DNA from: an uncultured Dysgonomonas sp. | GTDB lineage: Bacteria; Bacteroidota; Bacteroidia; Bacteroidales; Dysgonomonadaceae | DNA length: 64,000 nucleotides | Direction of reading: 5' to 3' | Assembly (NCBI GenBank): GCA_937995835.1 | Contig: CALKIV010000002.1 | Location: forward strand, 813-64,812 | Shown: piece by piece, positions 9,084 through 18,800 of the stretch | Layout of the letters: each line of letters opens with the position of its first letter | How positions within the stretch are numbered: the first letter of the stretch is position 1 | Made by a program: the position numbers and the translations under genes | The notes under the pieces: model-generated | What the model was told of the DNA's origin: nothing | The model's input: only the letters and a program-made list of their open reading frames with translations | The model's database searches: none

Positions 9084-10733
9084 TTATGCTATCCAAGCTT
9101 CCATATCACTTTCAACATCAGAAATACCTCCAATGCCGAAGTTGTCGATCAACACTTTCAACACATTCGGTGAGATGAATGCAGGTAAAGATGGTCCTAA
9201 GTGAATATTCTTAACCCCTAGGCTCAACAATGCCAATAGTACGATCACAGCTTTTTGTTCATACCAAGCAATGTTGTATACGATTGGCAATTCGTTGATA
9301 TCTTCTAATTCAAATACTTCTTTCAGTTTCATTGCAATGACAGCCAAAGAGTAACTATCGTTACACTGTCCTGCATCCAGTACGCGAGGTATGCCACCTA
9401 TATCGCCCAATGGAAGCTTGTTGTATCTATACTTCGCACAACCAGCAGTAAGAATCACAGTGTCGTTTGGAAGTGCTTCTGCAAATTCTGTGTAATAGCT
9501 TCTACCTTTCACACGACCATCGCAACCAGCCATTACCACAAATTTCTTGATAGCCCCACTCTTCACAGCGTCTACCACTTTGTCAGCTAATTGAAGCACT
9601 TGATGATGTGCAAAACCTCCAACGATGGTTCCCTCTTCTATCTGAGTAGGTGCTGCACATTTCTTGGCAAGCTCGATGATCTCTGAAAAGTCTTTCTTGC
9701 CATTGGCATCAGCCTTTATATATTTGAAACCAGGATAGCCGGTCGAATTAGTTGTAAATACTTTATCTTTATACGAAGCGTTATTCAGTGGAGGAACAAT
9801 ACAGTTGGTTGTAAACAAAATTGGTCCGTTGAAGCTAGTAAACTCTTCACGTTGTTTCCACCAAGCATTACCATAGTTGCCCACAAAGTGAGAATATTTT
9901 TTGAATTTTGGATAGTAGTTCGCTGGAAGCATTTCGCTATGTGTATAAACATCCACACCGGTTCCTTCTGTTTGCTCCAAAAGGTCTTCCATATCTTTTA
10001 GGTCATGACCACTGATCAAGATGGCCGGATTGTTTTTCACACCGATATTCACTTCTGTCAATTCTGGATTACCATAGCTTTCAGTATTTGCTTTATCAAG
10101 CAAAGCCATTGTTTTTACCCCCACAGCACCAGTCTCTAGCACCAAAGCAATCAGTTGCTCAACACTCAATGTGCCCAAAGCAATATCGTGCATGGCACGT
10201 TGCATAAAGGTATCAACCTCTTCATCCAAGTAACCTAGTCTAGCTGCATGTTCTGCATAAGCAGCCATCCCTTTCAGTCCATAAACAGTGAGTTGAGAAA
10301 GTGAGCGTACATCCTCGTTCTTCTCTGCTAAGATGCCCACAGTAGTAGCTAAATCATCATAATTTTCTTCTTTAGCTGTCCAAGTCACTTGTGGTAGATT
10401 AGGATAATCCACACCGTTTTCTTTACAGAAAGCAAGCAATTGATCTCTTAATTCTAGGCTCTTAGTCACACGCTCTTTGATAGACGATTCGTCAAAATTT
10501 GCATTCGTAATAGTGCAGAAAAGAGCATCACGAACAAAGTCGTTAACGAATTTGAAGTCGTACTCTTTTTTGCTTTCTCTTATCTTGATACTTAATACCG
10601 AAATCCCTTGCAATGAATACATAAGCAAGTCCATGGCATTAGATGTAATAAAGTCTTTACCACAAACACCTTTCAATATACAGCCTTCTCCTTTAGCTGT
10701 CTCTTGACACTGATAACAAAACATTTTCTCCAT
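9084..10733 (-). CDS. hcp: Hydroxylamine reductase / hybrid cluster protein Hcp
   Basis: N-terminal [15 protein letters not shown] cysteine motif; 549 aa; a typical Hcp throughout. Confidence 0.95.
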   Translation of the reverse strand: MEKMFCYQCQETAKGEGCILKGVCGKDFITSNAMDLLMYSLQGISVLSIKIRESKKEYDFKFVNDFVRDALFCTITNANFDESSIKERVTKSLELRDQLLAFCKENGVDYPNLPQVTWTAKEENYDDLATTVGILAEKNEDVRSLSQLTVYGLKGMAAYAEHAARLGYLDEEVDTFMQRAMHDIALGTLSVEQLIALVLETGAVGVKTMALLDKANTESYGNPELTEVNIGVKNNPAILISGHDLKDMEDLLEQTEGTGVDVYTHSEMLPANYYPKFKKYSHFVGNYGNAWWKQREEFTSFNGPILFTTNCIVPPLNNASYKDKVFTTNSTGYPGFKYIKADANGKKDFSEIIELAKKCAAPTQIEEGTIVGGFAHHQVLQLADKVVDAVKSGAIKKFVVMAGCDGRVKGRSYYTEFAEALPNDTVILTAGCAKYRYNKLPLGDIGGIPRVLDAGQCNDSYSLAVIAMKLKEVFELEDINELPIVYNIAWYEQKAVIVLLALLSLGVKNIHLGPSLPAFISPNVLKVLIDNFGIGGISDVESDMEAWIA

Positions 10734-10801
10734 ATTTCTCTATTTTTAGTTTATTATTTTCTAACTTCATCACAAAGAAAAAGAAATGGCATAAGGAAAA
10801 T

Positions 10802-10817
10802 TGTCACAAATGTGACA
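10802..10817. promoter_or_regulatory. Candidate Crp/Fnr-family (HcpR) operator TGTCAC-N4-GTGACA
   Basis: 6-4-6 dyad with perfect arms in the hcp/hcpR divergent region. Its centre is about 76 bp from the hcp ATG and 57 bp from the regulator ATG. Confidence 0.55.
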
Positions 10818-10866
10818 TCGATACATTTTATCAAAACTATTAGGGAATTATTATCATTTACTACTC

Positions 10867-11547
10867 ATGGAGCTTGATATATTAGATGCATTATCGAAAT
10901 CGACATTATTCGAGAATATAAAACGAGAGGAAGTAGAATCCTTTTTGGACAAAAACACCTATCGCATAAAAGAATATACGAAAAATGACGTACTGGCTCT
11001 TGCTGGCGATAAGGTTAATCATCTGATCATTGTGATCAAAGGTGAGTTGATTGCCAGAATGGTTTCTGAATCAGGGAAATATATACAAATAGACAATTTC
11101 AGTCCCGGACGTATTATAGCTCCTGCCATGCTTTTTGCTACTGATGACGTTTTCCCTGTCAATGTTATTCCTGAGGAAGATGCCTCTGTCTTCTTTATGC
11201 ATAAAGATACTTTTCTGAAAGCTATGCATCAGAATGAGAAACTGCTCCACAACTTTATTCGCATCGTTTCAGATATTAACCGTTTTTTGAGTACTAAAAT
11301 TCATTCTTTATCCCTTAAAACAATCAGGGGTAAACTAGCTGAGTATATCTTGGTGGAATCTAAGAAACAGCAAAGTCTAAATAAAATTACCTTACCTATG
11401 ACCAAACAAGAATTGGCTGACAAATTTGCTGTGGCAAGACAGGCTCTTAGCCGATCTTTATCAGAATTGGAAGAAGAAGGCTTGGTCAGCATAAGAGGGC
11501 GAGAAATAAAAATATTGGATAGAGAGCGCCTATCTCTCGTAGAATGA
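10867..11547 (+). CDS. hcpR: Crp/Fnr family transcriptional regulator, HcpR-like
   Basis: N-terminal cNMP-binding-like beta-roll and a C-terminal HTH (TKQELADKFAVARQALSRSLSELEEEG). It is divergent from hcp. Confidence 0.7.
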   Translation: MELDILDALSKSTLFENIKREEVESFLDKNTYRIKEYTKNDVLALAGDKVNHLIIVIKGELIARMVSESGKYIQIDNFSPGRIIAPAMLFATDDVFPVNVIPEEDASVFFMHKDTFLKAMHQNEKLLHNFIRIVSDINRFLSTKIHSLSLKTIRGKLAEYILVESKKQQSLNKITLPMTKQELADKFAVARQALSRSLSELEEEGLVSIRGREIKILDRERLSLVE

Positions 11548-11554
11548 AAAAGAG

Positions 11555-12028
11555 ATGGATACTAATGACACTATTCAAAGATTTGCAAATAACTATTTCG
11601 CTAACTCATCCTGCTCCGTTACTGATATTGAGCTAGAGAATCATAATAGGGACTACTGTGGTGCTAGGTTTAAAATCAATAACTATACTGTAAGATTTAG
11701 GAAGGCTAAAATAACACCCAATAAAGTTGGTCAGTTTGTGGTGGTATGGCAGAAAGATCGAAACAATGTTAATGAAGCTTATCCTTATGAGTTGTCCCCT
11801 GACTTCTTGATTGTATATACAGAAATGAAACTTAAAGAAGGTGCTTTTATCTTTCCCAAAGAGGCTTTGATGAAAAACAAAATTCTTTCTACTGACAAAC
11901 AGAAAGGGAAAATGGGGTTTCGGGTCTACCCTTCATGGGATAAAGTAGAAAGTCCTCAAGCGTTAAAAACTCAGAGATGGCAAAGTAAATACTTCGTTGA
12001 TTTCACTCAAAAAGACTCCACTGTGTAG
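11555..12028 (+). CDS. MepB family protein
   Basis: 157 aa. The motif KITPNKVGQFVVVWQKD resembles the MepB domain, from recollection. It starts 7 nt after the hcpR stop. Confidence 0.5.
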   Translation: MDTNDTIQRFANNYFANSSCSVTDIELENHNRDYCGARFKINNYTVRFRKAKITPNKVGQFVVVWQKDRNNVNEAYPYELSPDFLIVYTEMKLKEGAFIFPKEALMKNKILSTDKQKGKMGFRVYPSWDKVESPQALKTQRWQSKYFVDFTQKDSTV

Positions 12029-12110
12029 ATATATTCCCTCAAAAACGAAGTATTTTTCAAACATTGTCAAATATCTTAACTCTTAAAGGTCACTGACTCT
12101 CTTTTATTAT

Positions 12111-12118
12111 TATCTTTG
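12111..12118 (+). promoter_or_regulatory. -7 promoter motif TATCTTTG ahead of the riboswitch leader
   Basis: Exact TAnnTTTG about 30 nt upstream of riboswitch 1. I found no second such motif before riboswitch 2. Confidence 0.4.
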
Positions 12119-12150
12119 TCGACTGAAAAGAGTTCTTTATCATTTTTCAT

Positions 12151-12327
12151 CCATTAAGGTGCTTGTCTTTTTAATAAGACATAAGGGAACCACGTGCAAA
12201 TCGTGGACTGTCGCGCAACTGTAATCACTGTTAATTTCTATTTTGATAAATAGAGTCACTGTTTCTCTCAAGGAATGGGAAGGCTAAAAAAATAGAAAGG
12301 TGTAAGTCAGGAAACCTGCCTCATTGG
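12151..12327 (+). promoter_or_regulatory. Cobalamin riboswitch, copy 1
   Basis: Core AAGGGAACCACGTGCAAATCGTGGACTGTCGCGCAACTGTAA, then CACTG...GGGAAGGC, then the B12 box AAGTCAGGAAACCTGCC (12304-12320). P1 pairing CCATTAAGG/CCTCATTGG. Confidence 0.85.
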
Positions 12328-12536
12328 AATTTGACTAAAACTTCGCGTAAAAGTAAGTGTCGAGTAATAATTTTCCTCTAAAAAGAATCTGTTGAGGATA
12401 ATTTCTCCCCTATTTATTTCCTTTAATCATAAGTTGCGAAGTTCTGTGAAGAACCTTGCTAAGTTTTTATACCTTTTTTAGGATATTAACTAGAGCTAAA
12501 ATAGCATTCATGTGTTTGGTGATACTACAAATATTC

Positions 12537-12695
12537 GTTTGTGGTATTAAAAGGGAATCTGGTGCAAAACCAGAACAGTGCCCGCTACTGTAAGTCTCTG
12601 TACATATGCTTCGAGAGCACCACTAGCCACTATTGGGAGACCAATTGGGAAGGCAAACTTTGAAGCGAGACAAGTCAGGAAACCTGCCAGACAAA
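12537..12695 (+). promoter_or_regulatory. Cobalamin riboswitch, copy 2
   Basis: Core AAAAGGGAATCTGGTGCAAAACCAGAACAGTGCCCGCTACTGTAA, then GGGAAGGC, then an identical B12 box AAGTCAGGAAACCTGCC (12672-12688). It ends 70 nt upstream of the receptor ATG. Confidence 0.9.
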
Positions 12696-12765
12696 AATTA
12701 AATATCGAATCACTTCGGGGCCAAGGTGATAGTTTATAACCTTTTTATTTTTATAGAAAAAAATC

Positions 12766-14844
12766 ATGTTCAAGAAAAAATTACTATCTATTTTGTTAGT
12801 AGGATTTGTTGTTTCTGGCATTTCGGCTCAACACCAAAAACCCAAAATGTCTGACAGCGAACGCGAGCAAGCAGTAGAGCTTAACCATGTTGTGGTTACT
12901 GGGACAGGAACACACCAACGCCTGAAAGATTCTCCTGCTCCTGTGGAGGTCATCACAGCCAGAGACATCAAAAGAACAGGAATCACTGACTTTCAGCAAG
13001 CCATGTCTACTCTTGTTCCTTCTCTATCCTTCTCTGGTGGAGGTGCGATGGGGAATTATATGATGATGAATGGATTGTCTAACAAGTACATTCTTGTGCT
13101 GATCAATGGTAGAAAATTAACTGGGGATGTGTCAAACAACATCGACCTATCCAGAATCGACGTTAGCAGAATCAAGCGAGTGGAAGTGCTACATGGTGCT
13201 GGTTCGTCTCTTTATGGTTCTGATGCCATTGCCGGTGTTATCAATATCATCACAGATGAGCCTAAAGACATCATGAGTGTGTCTAGTACTACCAAGTTTG
13301 AAGAATATGGACAATTTTCTCAAATCGTAAATGTAGATTTGGCAAATGAAAAATTCGGATCATATACTTCTTATAAGCACGATCAGTCTCATGGATGGCA
13401 ACAAAGTCCATACAAATATGACAAAAAAGGAGAGCCTGCGCCTACCTTAACTCAGACAACTAATGCTTTTCACTCTAATATTATAGATCAAAGATTTACT
13501 TTCAATCCTACCAATAGATTGTCTTTTTATGCCAATGGTGGATATTATTGGAAATTGACCGATCGCCCTGAGTTCCAAAAAGACATAGATGGAGGCTCAA
13601 AATATGATATACATTACGAGTCGTACAAATTTGGACTAGGTGGAAAATATAAGCTAAATAATAAGTCTACCCTCTCATTAGACATGATTCAAGACAACTT
13701 TAATCAGAATTATAAATACACCTATGATGAGAAAGACTATAAGATAGGTGATTATAGCAAAACAAAAAGACAAAAATTTTATGATGTAGAAGCTAAGGGA
13801 ATCTTCAAATTTGCTAAAAACAACACAACTGTTTTTGGATTAGATTACCGTTCGGAGACTCTTGATCGCCCGAGTGCCAATGTGGACGAATCGCTATACA
13901 CCATGTCTGCTTATGGCCAACATGAAATCAAATTCTTAGACCACTTCACTGCTATCGGAGGATTGCGGTACGACTATCATGAAACAGCAAAAGGCCGAGT
14001 GACTCCTAAAGCAGCTCTTATGTATTCAGTAAATAACTTTAACTTCAGAGGTACATATTCTGCAGGGTTCAGAGCTCCGGGCTTAGATGAACTATATTAT
14101 TACTTATGGAAAGCAGGAACAAGCAGCACTGTTACAGTAGGTAACAAAAACTTGAATCCTGAAAAAAGTAACTATTTCTCTTTAAATGCTGAATATAAAA
14201 CGAACCGTTTTTCTCTTTCTGCTACCGGATACCTCAACTATGTGGATGATATGATCACTGATCATACTACACCATTTGCAGATATGCCTGCTGATGTGGC
14301 TGCAAAATTGAAAGCTAAGATAAAGGAAGACTTTCACATGACTGACGATGAGATCGATGGGGTTAAGAACTACAAAGAATATCTCAACCTAGAAAAAGGA
14401 CAAGTAAGAGGGTTCAACGTTAGTGCTATGGCATATCTTGCTTATGGCGTTAGTGTGAATGCTAACTATGCTTATGCTTCGGCACAAGGGAAAGACAAAA
14501 GTGGCGAATGGGGACCAGTCAGCCGTTCCATCAGACACTCTGCTACTGTGGGAGCTAACTATCTAAAACATTGGGAGAAATATCAATTGAATGTTAATCT
14601 GAATACCAGATTCCAAAGCAAGAGAAATCAACCGGGTCATAGCTATGGTGATGCCCCCGGATATGGAATATGTAATATTTTCACCAGACACACTTTCACT
14701 GGAATCAAATTTATCACATTGGAACCAGGGATTGGTATCAACAATATATTCAACAAGGTGGACGATCGTCCAAATGGCGTAAACTATGGTCTACTTTCTC
14801 CGGGAAGAACCGTAATGGCTAGTCTAAGAGTACAGTTTAAATAA
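12766..14844 (+). CDS. TonB-dependent outer-membrane receptor (BtuB/HmuR-like, corrinoid or tetrapyrrole class)
   Basis: Signal peptide, TonB-box/plug region (HVVVTGTG...SPAPVEVITARDI), a barrel with the FRAP...NLNPEKS motifs, and a C-terminal LRVQFK. It sits downstream of the B12 riboswitches. Confidence 0.85.
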   Translation: MFKKKLLSILLVGFVVSGISAQHQKPKMSDSEREQAVELNHVVVTGTGTHQRLKDSPAPVEVITARDIKRTGITDFQQAMSTLVPSLSFSGGGAMGNYMMMNGLSNKYILVLINGRKLTGDVSNNIDLSRIDVSRIKRVEVLHGAGSSLYGSDAIAGVINIITDEPKDIMSVSSTTKFEEYGQFSQIVNVDLANEKFGSYTSYKHDQSHGWQQSPYKYDKKGEPAPTLTQTTNAFHSNIIDQRFTFNPTNRLSFYANGGYYWKLTDRPEFQKDIDGGSKYDIHYESYKFGLGGKYKLNNKSTLSLDMIQDNFNQNYKYTYDEKDYKIGDYSKTKRQKFYDVEAKGIFKFAKNNTTVFGLDYRSETLDRPSANVDESLYTMSAYGQHEIKFLDHFTAIGGLRYDYHETAKGRVTPKAALMYSVNNFNFRGTYSAGFRAPGLDELYYYLWKAGTSSTVTVGNKNLNPEKSNYFSLNAEYKTNRFSLSATGYLNYVDDMITDHTTPFADMPADVAAKLKAKIKEDFHMTDDEIDGVKNYKEYLNLEKGQVRGFNVSAMAYLAYGVSVNANYAYASAQGKDKSGEWGPVSRSIRHSATVGANYLKHWEKYQLNVNLNTRFQSKRNQPGHSYGDAPGYGICNIFTRHTFTGIKFITLEPGIGINNIFNKVDDRPNGVNYGLLSPGRTVMASLRVQFK

Positions 14845-14852
14845 ATTATAGC

Positions 14853-15773
14853 ATGAAAAAGATACTTTTTATTTTAATGTTAACAACATCAATCATTTGT
14901 CAGGCACATGAAGGAGGAAACTTCGTTGCTTCTGACATTCAGAAAGAGTTAGGCAAAGGCGATAAAGTGGCGTTACTGATGGTTCATTTCGGAACCACTT
15001 ATGACGACACTCGCGCTGTCACCATAGACGCTATTAATCAAAAGGCAAAAGAAACTTTCAAAGATCTAGAGATCAGAGAAGCATACACTTCACGCATTGT
15101 TATGCGTCGTTTAAATGACCGAGGGATAGTGAAGGCTGATCCTGTGAGTGCACTTCTTCGCCTAAAAGCTGATGGCTATACACATGTTTTAGTGCAGAGC
15201 TCAAACATCATCGAAGGCGTGGAAATGGAATCTCTTAGAAGAGATGTAGCTTCTGTAAAGCAATTCTTCAAAGAAATCAGAGTGGGAAATCCCCTGTTAT
15301 ATGCTACTGAAGACTTTGAACGTGTGGCTGACATCTTCATCAATACTTATCCTGAGAAGAAAGACTTTGTGCTTGTTGGTCATGGTACTTATACCCCAAG
15401 CACAGCCTCTTATGCTATGATGGATTACATCTTCAAGGCTAAAGGAAATGGGAACTTCCATGTGGGAACTGTGGAAGCATACCCTACTTTCGATAATGTA
15501 GTAGATCAATTGAAGGTTAGAAAAGCAAAACAAGTGTGTCTTATTCCTTTCATGTTTGTTGCTGGCGACCATGCCAACAATGACATTGCAGGAGACTGGA
15601 AAGATGATTTAGAAAAAGCTGGATATAAAGTAGATGTAGCAATGAAAGGCCTTGGAGAATATCCAGAGATCCAAGACATCTTCATCGAGCATATCCAATT
15701 TATCATGCACCACCGTATGCTAGACATTATGGATAAGAAAAAAGCATACGCCGCAGGAGCAGAAGTTCACTAA
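14853..15773 (+). CDS. cbiK: Sirohydrochlorin cobaltochelatase CbiK family protein with an N-terminal export signal
   Basis: MKKILFILMLTTSIICQA signal, then the CbiK hallmarks LLMVHFGTTYDDT, VLVGHGT and FMFVAGDHANNDIAGD. The metal-binding His residues are retained. Confidence 0.85.
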   Translation: MKKILFILMLTTSIICQAHEGGNFVASDIQKELGKGDKVALLMVHFGTTYDDTRAVTIDAINQKAKETFKDLEIREAYTSRIVMRRLNDRGIVKADPVSALLRLKADGYTHVLVQSSNIIEGVEMESLRRDVASVKQFFKEIRVGNPLLYATEDFERVADIFINTYPEKKDFVLVGHGTYTPSTASYAMMDYIFKAKGNGNFHVGTVEAYPTFDNVVDQLKVRKAKQVCLIPFMFVAGDHANNDIAGDWKDDLEKAGYKVDVAMKGLGEYPEIQDIFIEHIQFIMHHRMLDIMDKKKAYAAGAEVH

Positions 15774-15804
15774 TAATAGTTTATAGAAAAAAAAATCACA
15801 ATTC

Positions 15805-18800
15805 ATGTCCCGAAAATTAGTCATAGCATGTAGTGCTCTATTGTTGATTGTCGCCTGTTTCTTTGGGTATAAATATTGGTTCGCACCCACTCATATTCTT
15901 TTTCTTAATGTGCCTAATGCACAGGCTGCAGACATCACTTTGAACAATGATAGTAAACACATCAAGATCACCTGCCTAGCAACTGATGAGGCTGAGTCGC
16001 TTGATGGATATGATGCCATAGCTGTTTTCGGGCGTGGATTACATCTCACTGAAGAGCAACAGGCAGCATTGGAAAAGATAGCCGAAAAGGGAACTCCCAT
16101 TTTAACGATCTCTTCCAATGCTGCTCTGTCTCCTCTCAATTTCAATTTAACAGGTGCTGAACGGGTGCACTTGTTACAATACTTCAATAATCCCAATTTG
16201 ACAAACTATCGGAACGCTTTACGGGCTTTGAGGCAGATAGCTACACCTCAACGCATTCCTAAAGAAGAGTTTGATGAGCCCATAGAATTGCCTAACAATC
16301 ATTATTATCACAGAGAATATGGGCAATATTTTGAGACAAAAGAAGAACTTACCAACTACTTAAAAAACAAAGGTCTCTATCACGAGGATGGAAAAAATAT
16401 TGCATTCATCAGTGGAGTTAATTTCCCAATGGAAGGCAATCGTGCTCATGTCGACACCTTGATTTATCGCCTTACAAATGAAGGCTTTAATGTATATCCT
16501 ATTGCTAGCCCACAAGGCAGAAGCGAGATGATTAAAGATTTGCTACCTGATGCTGTGGTCTACTACCCAATGGGACGACTAGGAAATGATGAATTTATCA
16601 ATTGGTTACACACAGAAAGTATTCCTCTTTTTTGTCCTTTTCCTCTGATTCAATCCACAGAAGAATGGCTTGACCCTATGAATCCTGTATCGGGAGGTGT
16701 CCTCAATGGACGTATCTTAGTGCCCGAAATAGATGGAGCGATGACTCCATTGGCTATTGCCACGCAAAACCCTCACCCAAGTGGCTATTATCTATATACT
16801 GTGGAAGAAGAACGAATGAACAACTTCATTCAACACGTAAAGAAATATTTAGGCTTGTCTCAAAAGGCCAATAGCGAAAAGAAAGTCGCCATCTGCTATT
16901 TCAGATCACCAGGGAAAGATGCTCTGCTGGCTAGTGGCATGGAGGTGATCCCCTCGCTATACAACTTCCTAAAACTTTTACAATCGCAAGGGTATAGCCT
17001 ATCTGGCTTGCCTACAACCTTAGAAGCATTTAAGAAAAGAATAAATACAGATGGATTGATACTTGGTTCGTATGCCAAAGGAGCACAAGAGGACTTCTTG
17101 AAAAATGCCAATCCTGTTTGGCTTAGTTCGAAAGAATATGAACGATGGGCTAAAGCTATTTTAGCTCCTCATAAATATCAGGAAGTGATAGATAAATATG
17201 GAGAAGCTCCCGGAGAACTACTTGTAAAAGAGGATGAATCGGGAGAAAAAAAGATCGCCTTTGCTTGTCTCCAATTTGGTAATGTGATTCTCTTTCCTCA
17301 ACCTCGCCCAGCCTTAGGCGATGATGACTTTAAGCTGGTACATGGAATGCCTGTGGCGCCACCTCACAGCTATCTTGCCCCCTATCTATATGTTCACAAA
17401 GGCTTTGGTGCTGATGCTATTATTCACTTTGGAACGCATGGCAACTTAGAATATACCCCAGGGAAGAATGTCGCCCTATCGAAGAATGATTGGGCAGAAG
17501 TCTTGGTCAATGATTTGCCCCACTTCTATTTCTATACCACTGGCAATGTGGGCGAAGGCATCATAGCCAAAAGACGGACACACGCTGTTTTAGTCACTCA
17601 CCTCACTCCTCCCTATGTGGAAAGTGGAATGCGTCAACGCTATAGTGCTATATTGGATAATATACACCACCTACTGCACACAGGGAACAGCAATAAAGTG
17701 CTTGCCCTACAAACCAAGAAAGATGTAATGAAACTTGGCTTGCACCGAGATTTGGAACTTGATTCTATTCCTGACAATCCTTTTTCTATTAAGGAGTTAG
17801 AAAAAGTAGATCTATTTATGGAAGAGATAGCCAACGAAAAAACAATGGGCGCTTTTTACACCATGGGCGAGGCTTATTCGGCTAGAGACCTGTTAACAAC
17901 CACACTGGCTGTCAGTGCCGATCCTCTTGCCTATACTTTAGCCAAACAAGATCGTGATGCTGGCAAGATCACAACTGAGCAGCTACAGAATTTTGCTTAT
18001 ATCGCACACCACTATTTGCCTACAGCTAAAAAGAGATTGACCACACTTTTGCAATCTCCGAATAAGAATATCAATACAGTAGATTCTTTGTTACAAGATG
18101 CCTTAAGATATCGAGAGCTGTTAACGCTTTCTACAGCAAATGAGTTTAAGGCAATACTACAAGGGCTAAATGGAGGGAATATTTTCCCTGCACCGGGTGG
18201 CGATCCCGTATTAAATCCAAATGTTTTGCCCACTGGACGCAATATGTATAGCATCAATGTGGAAACCACGCCAACCAAACGCTCGTGGGAAGAAGGGAAA
18301 CGTTTAGCTGAAAGCTCAATCGAAATTTATAAAGAGAAACATGGCACATTGCCTCGAAAAGTAAATTACACTTTTTGGGCAGGTGAGTTTATCAATTCCG
18401 AAGGGGCAACAGTGGCTCAAGCCTTATATATGCTTGGTGTAGAACCTGTGCGCGATTCGCAAGGACGAATTGTAGATATCAAGTTGATTTCTTCTGAAGA
18501 ATTGGGACGTTCGAGAATCAATGTCGTGGTACAAGTATCGGGGCAATTGAGAGATATTGCCGGTTCTCGATTGAAGCTGATCACTGAGGCTGTTCGCTTG
18601 GCTTCTTCTGCCACAGATGATATTTATCCCAATTTCGTTTCTTCAGGAACACTTCTTCAAGAGAAAGACTTGATCGATCAGGGTGTTCCTCCTCTCAAAG
18701 CCAGAGAAATGTCTGTGATGAGGGTCTTCGGCCCAGTCAACAGTGGATACAGCACAGGGATGATAGCCTATACGGACAACAGTGGCAAATGGGATAGCGA

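Noticed and set aside
12510-12593. 27-codon ORF (MCLVILQIFVCGIKRESGAKPEQCPLL) in the riboswitch leader
   Set aside because: It overlaps the conserved core of riboswitch 2, and its codons are dictated by the RNA consensus. I see no reason to invoke a leader peptide.
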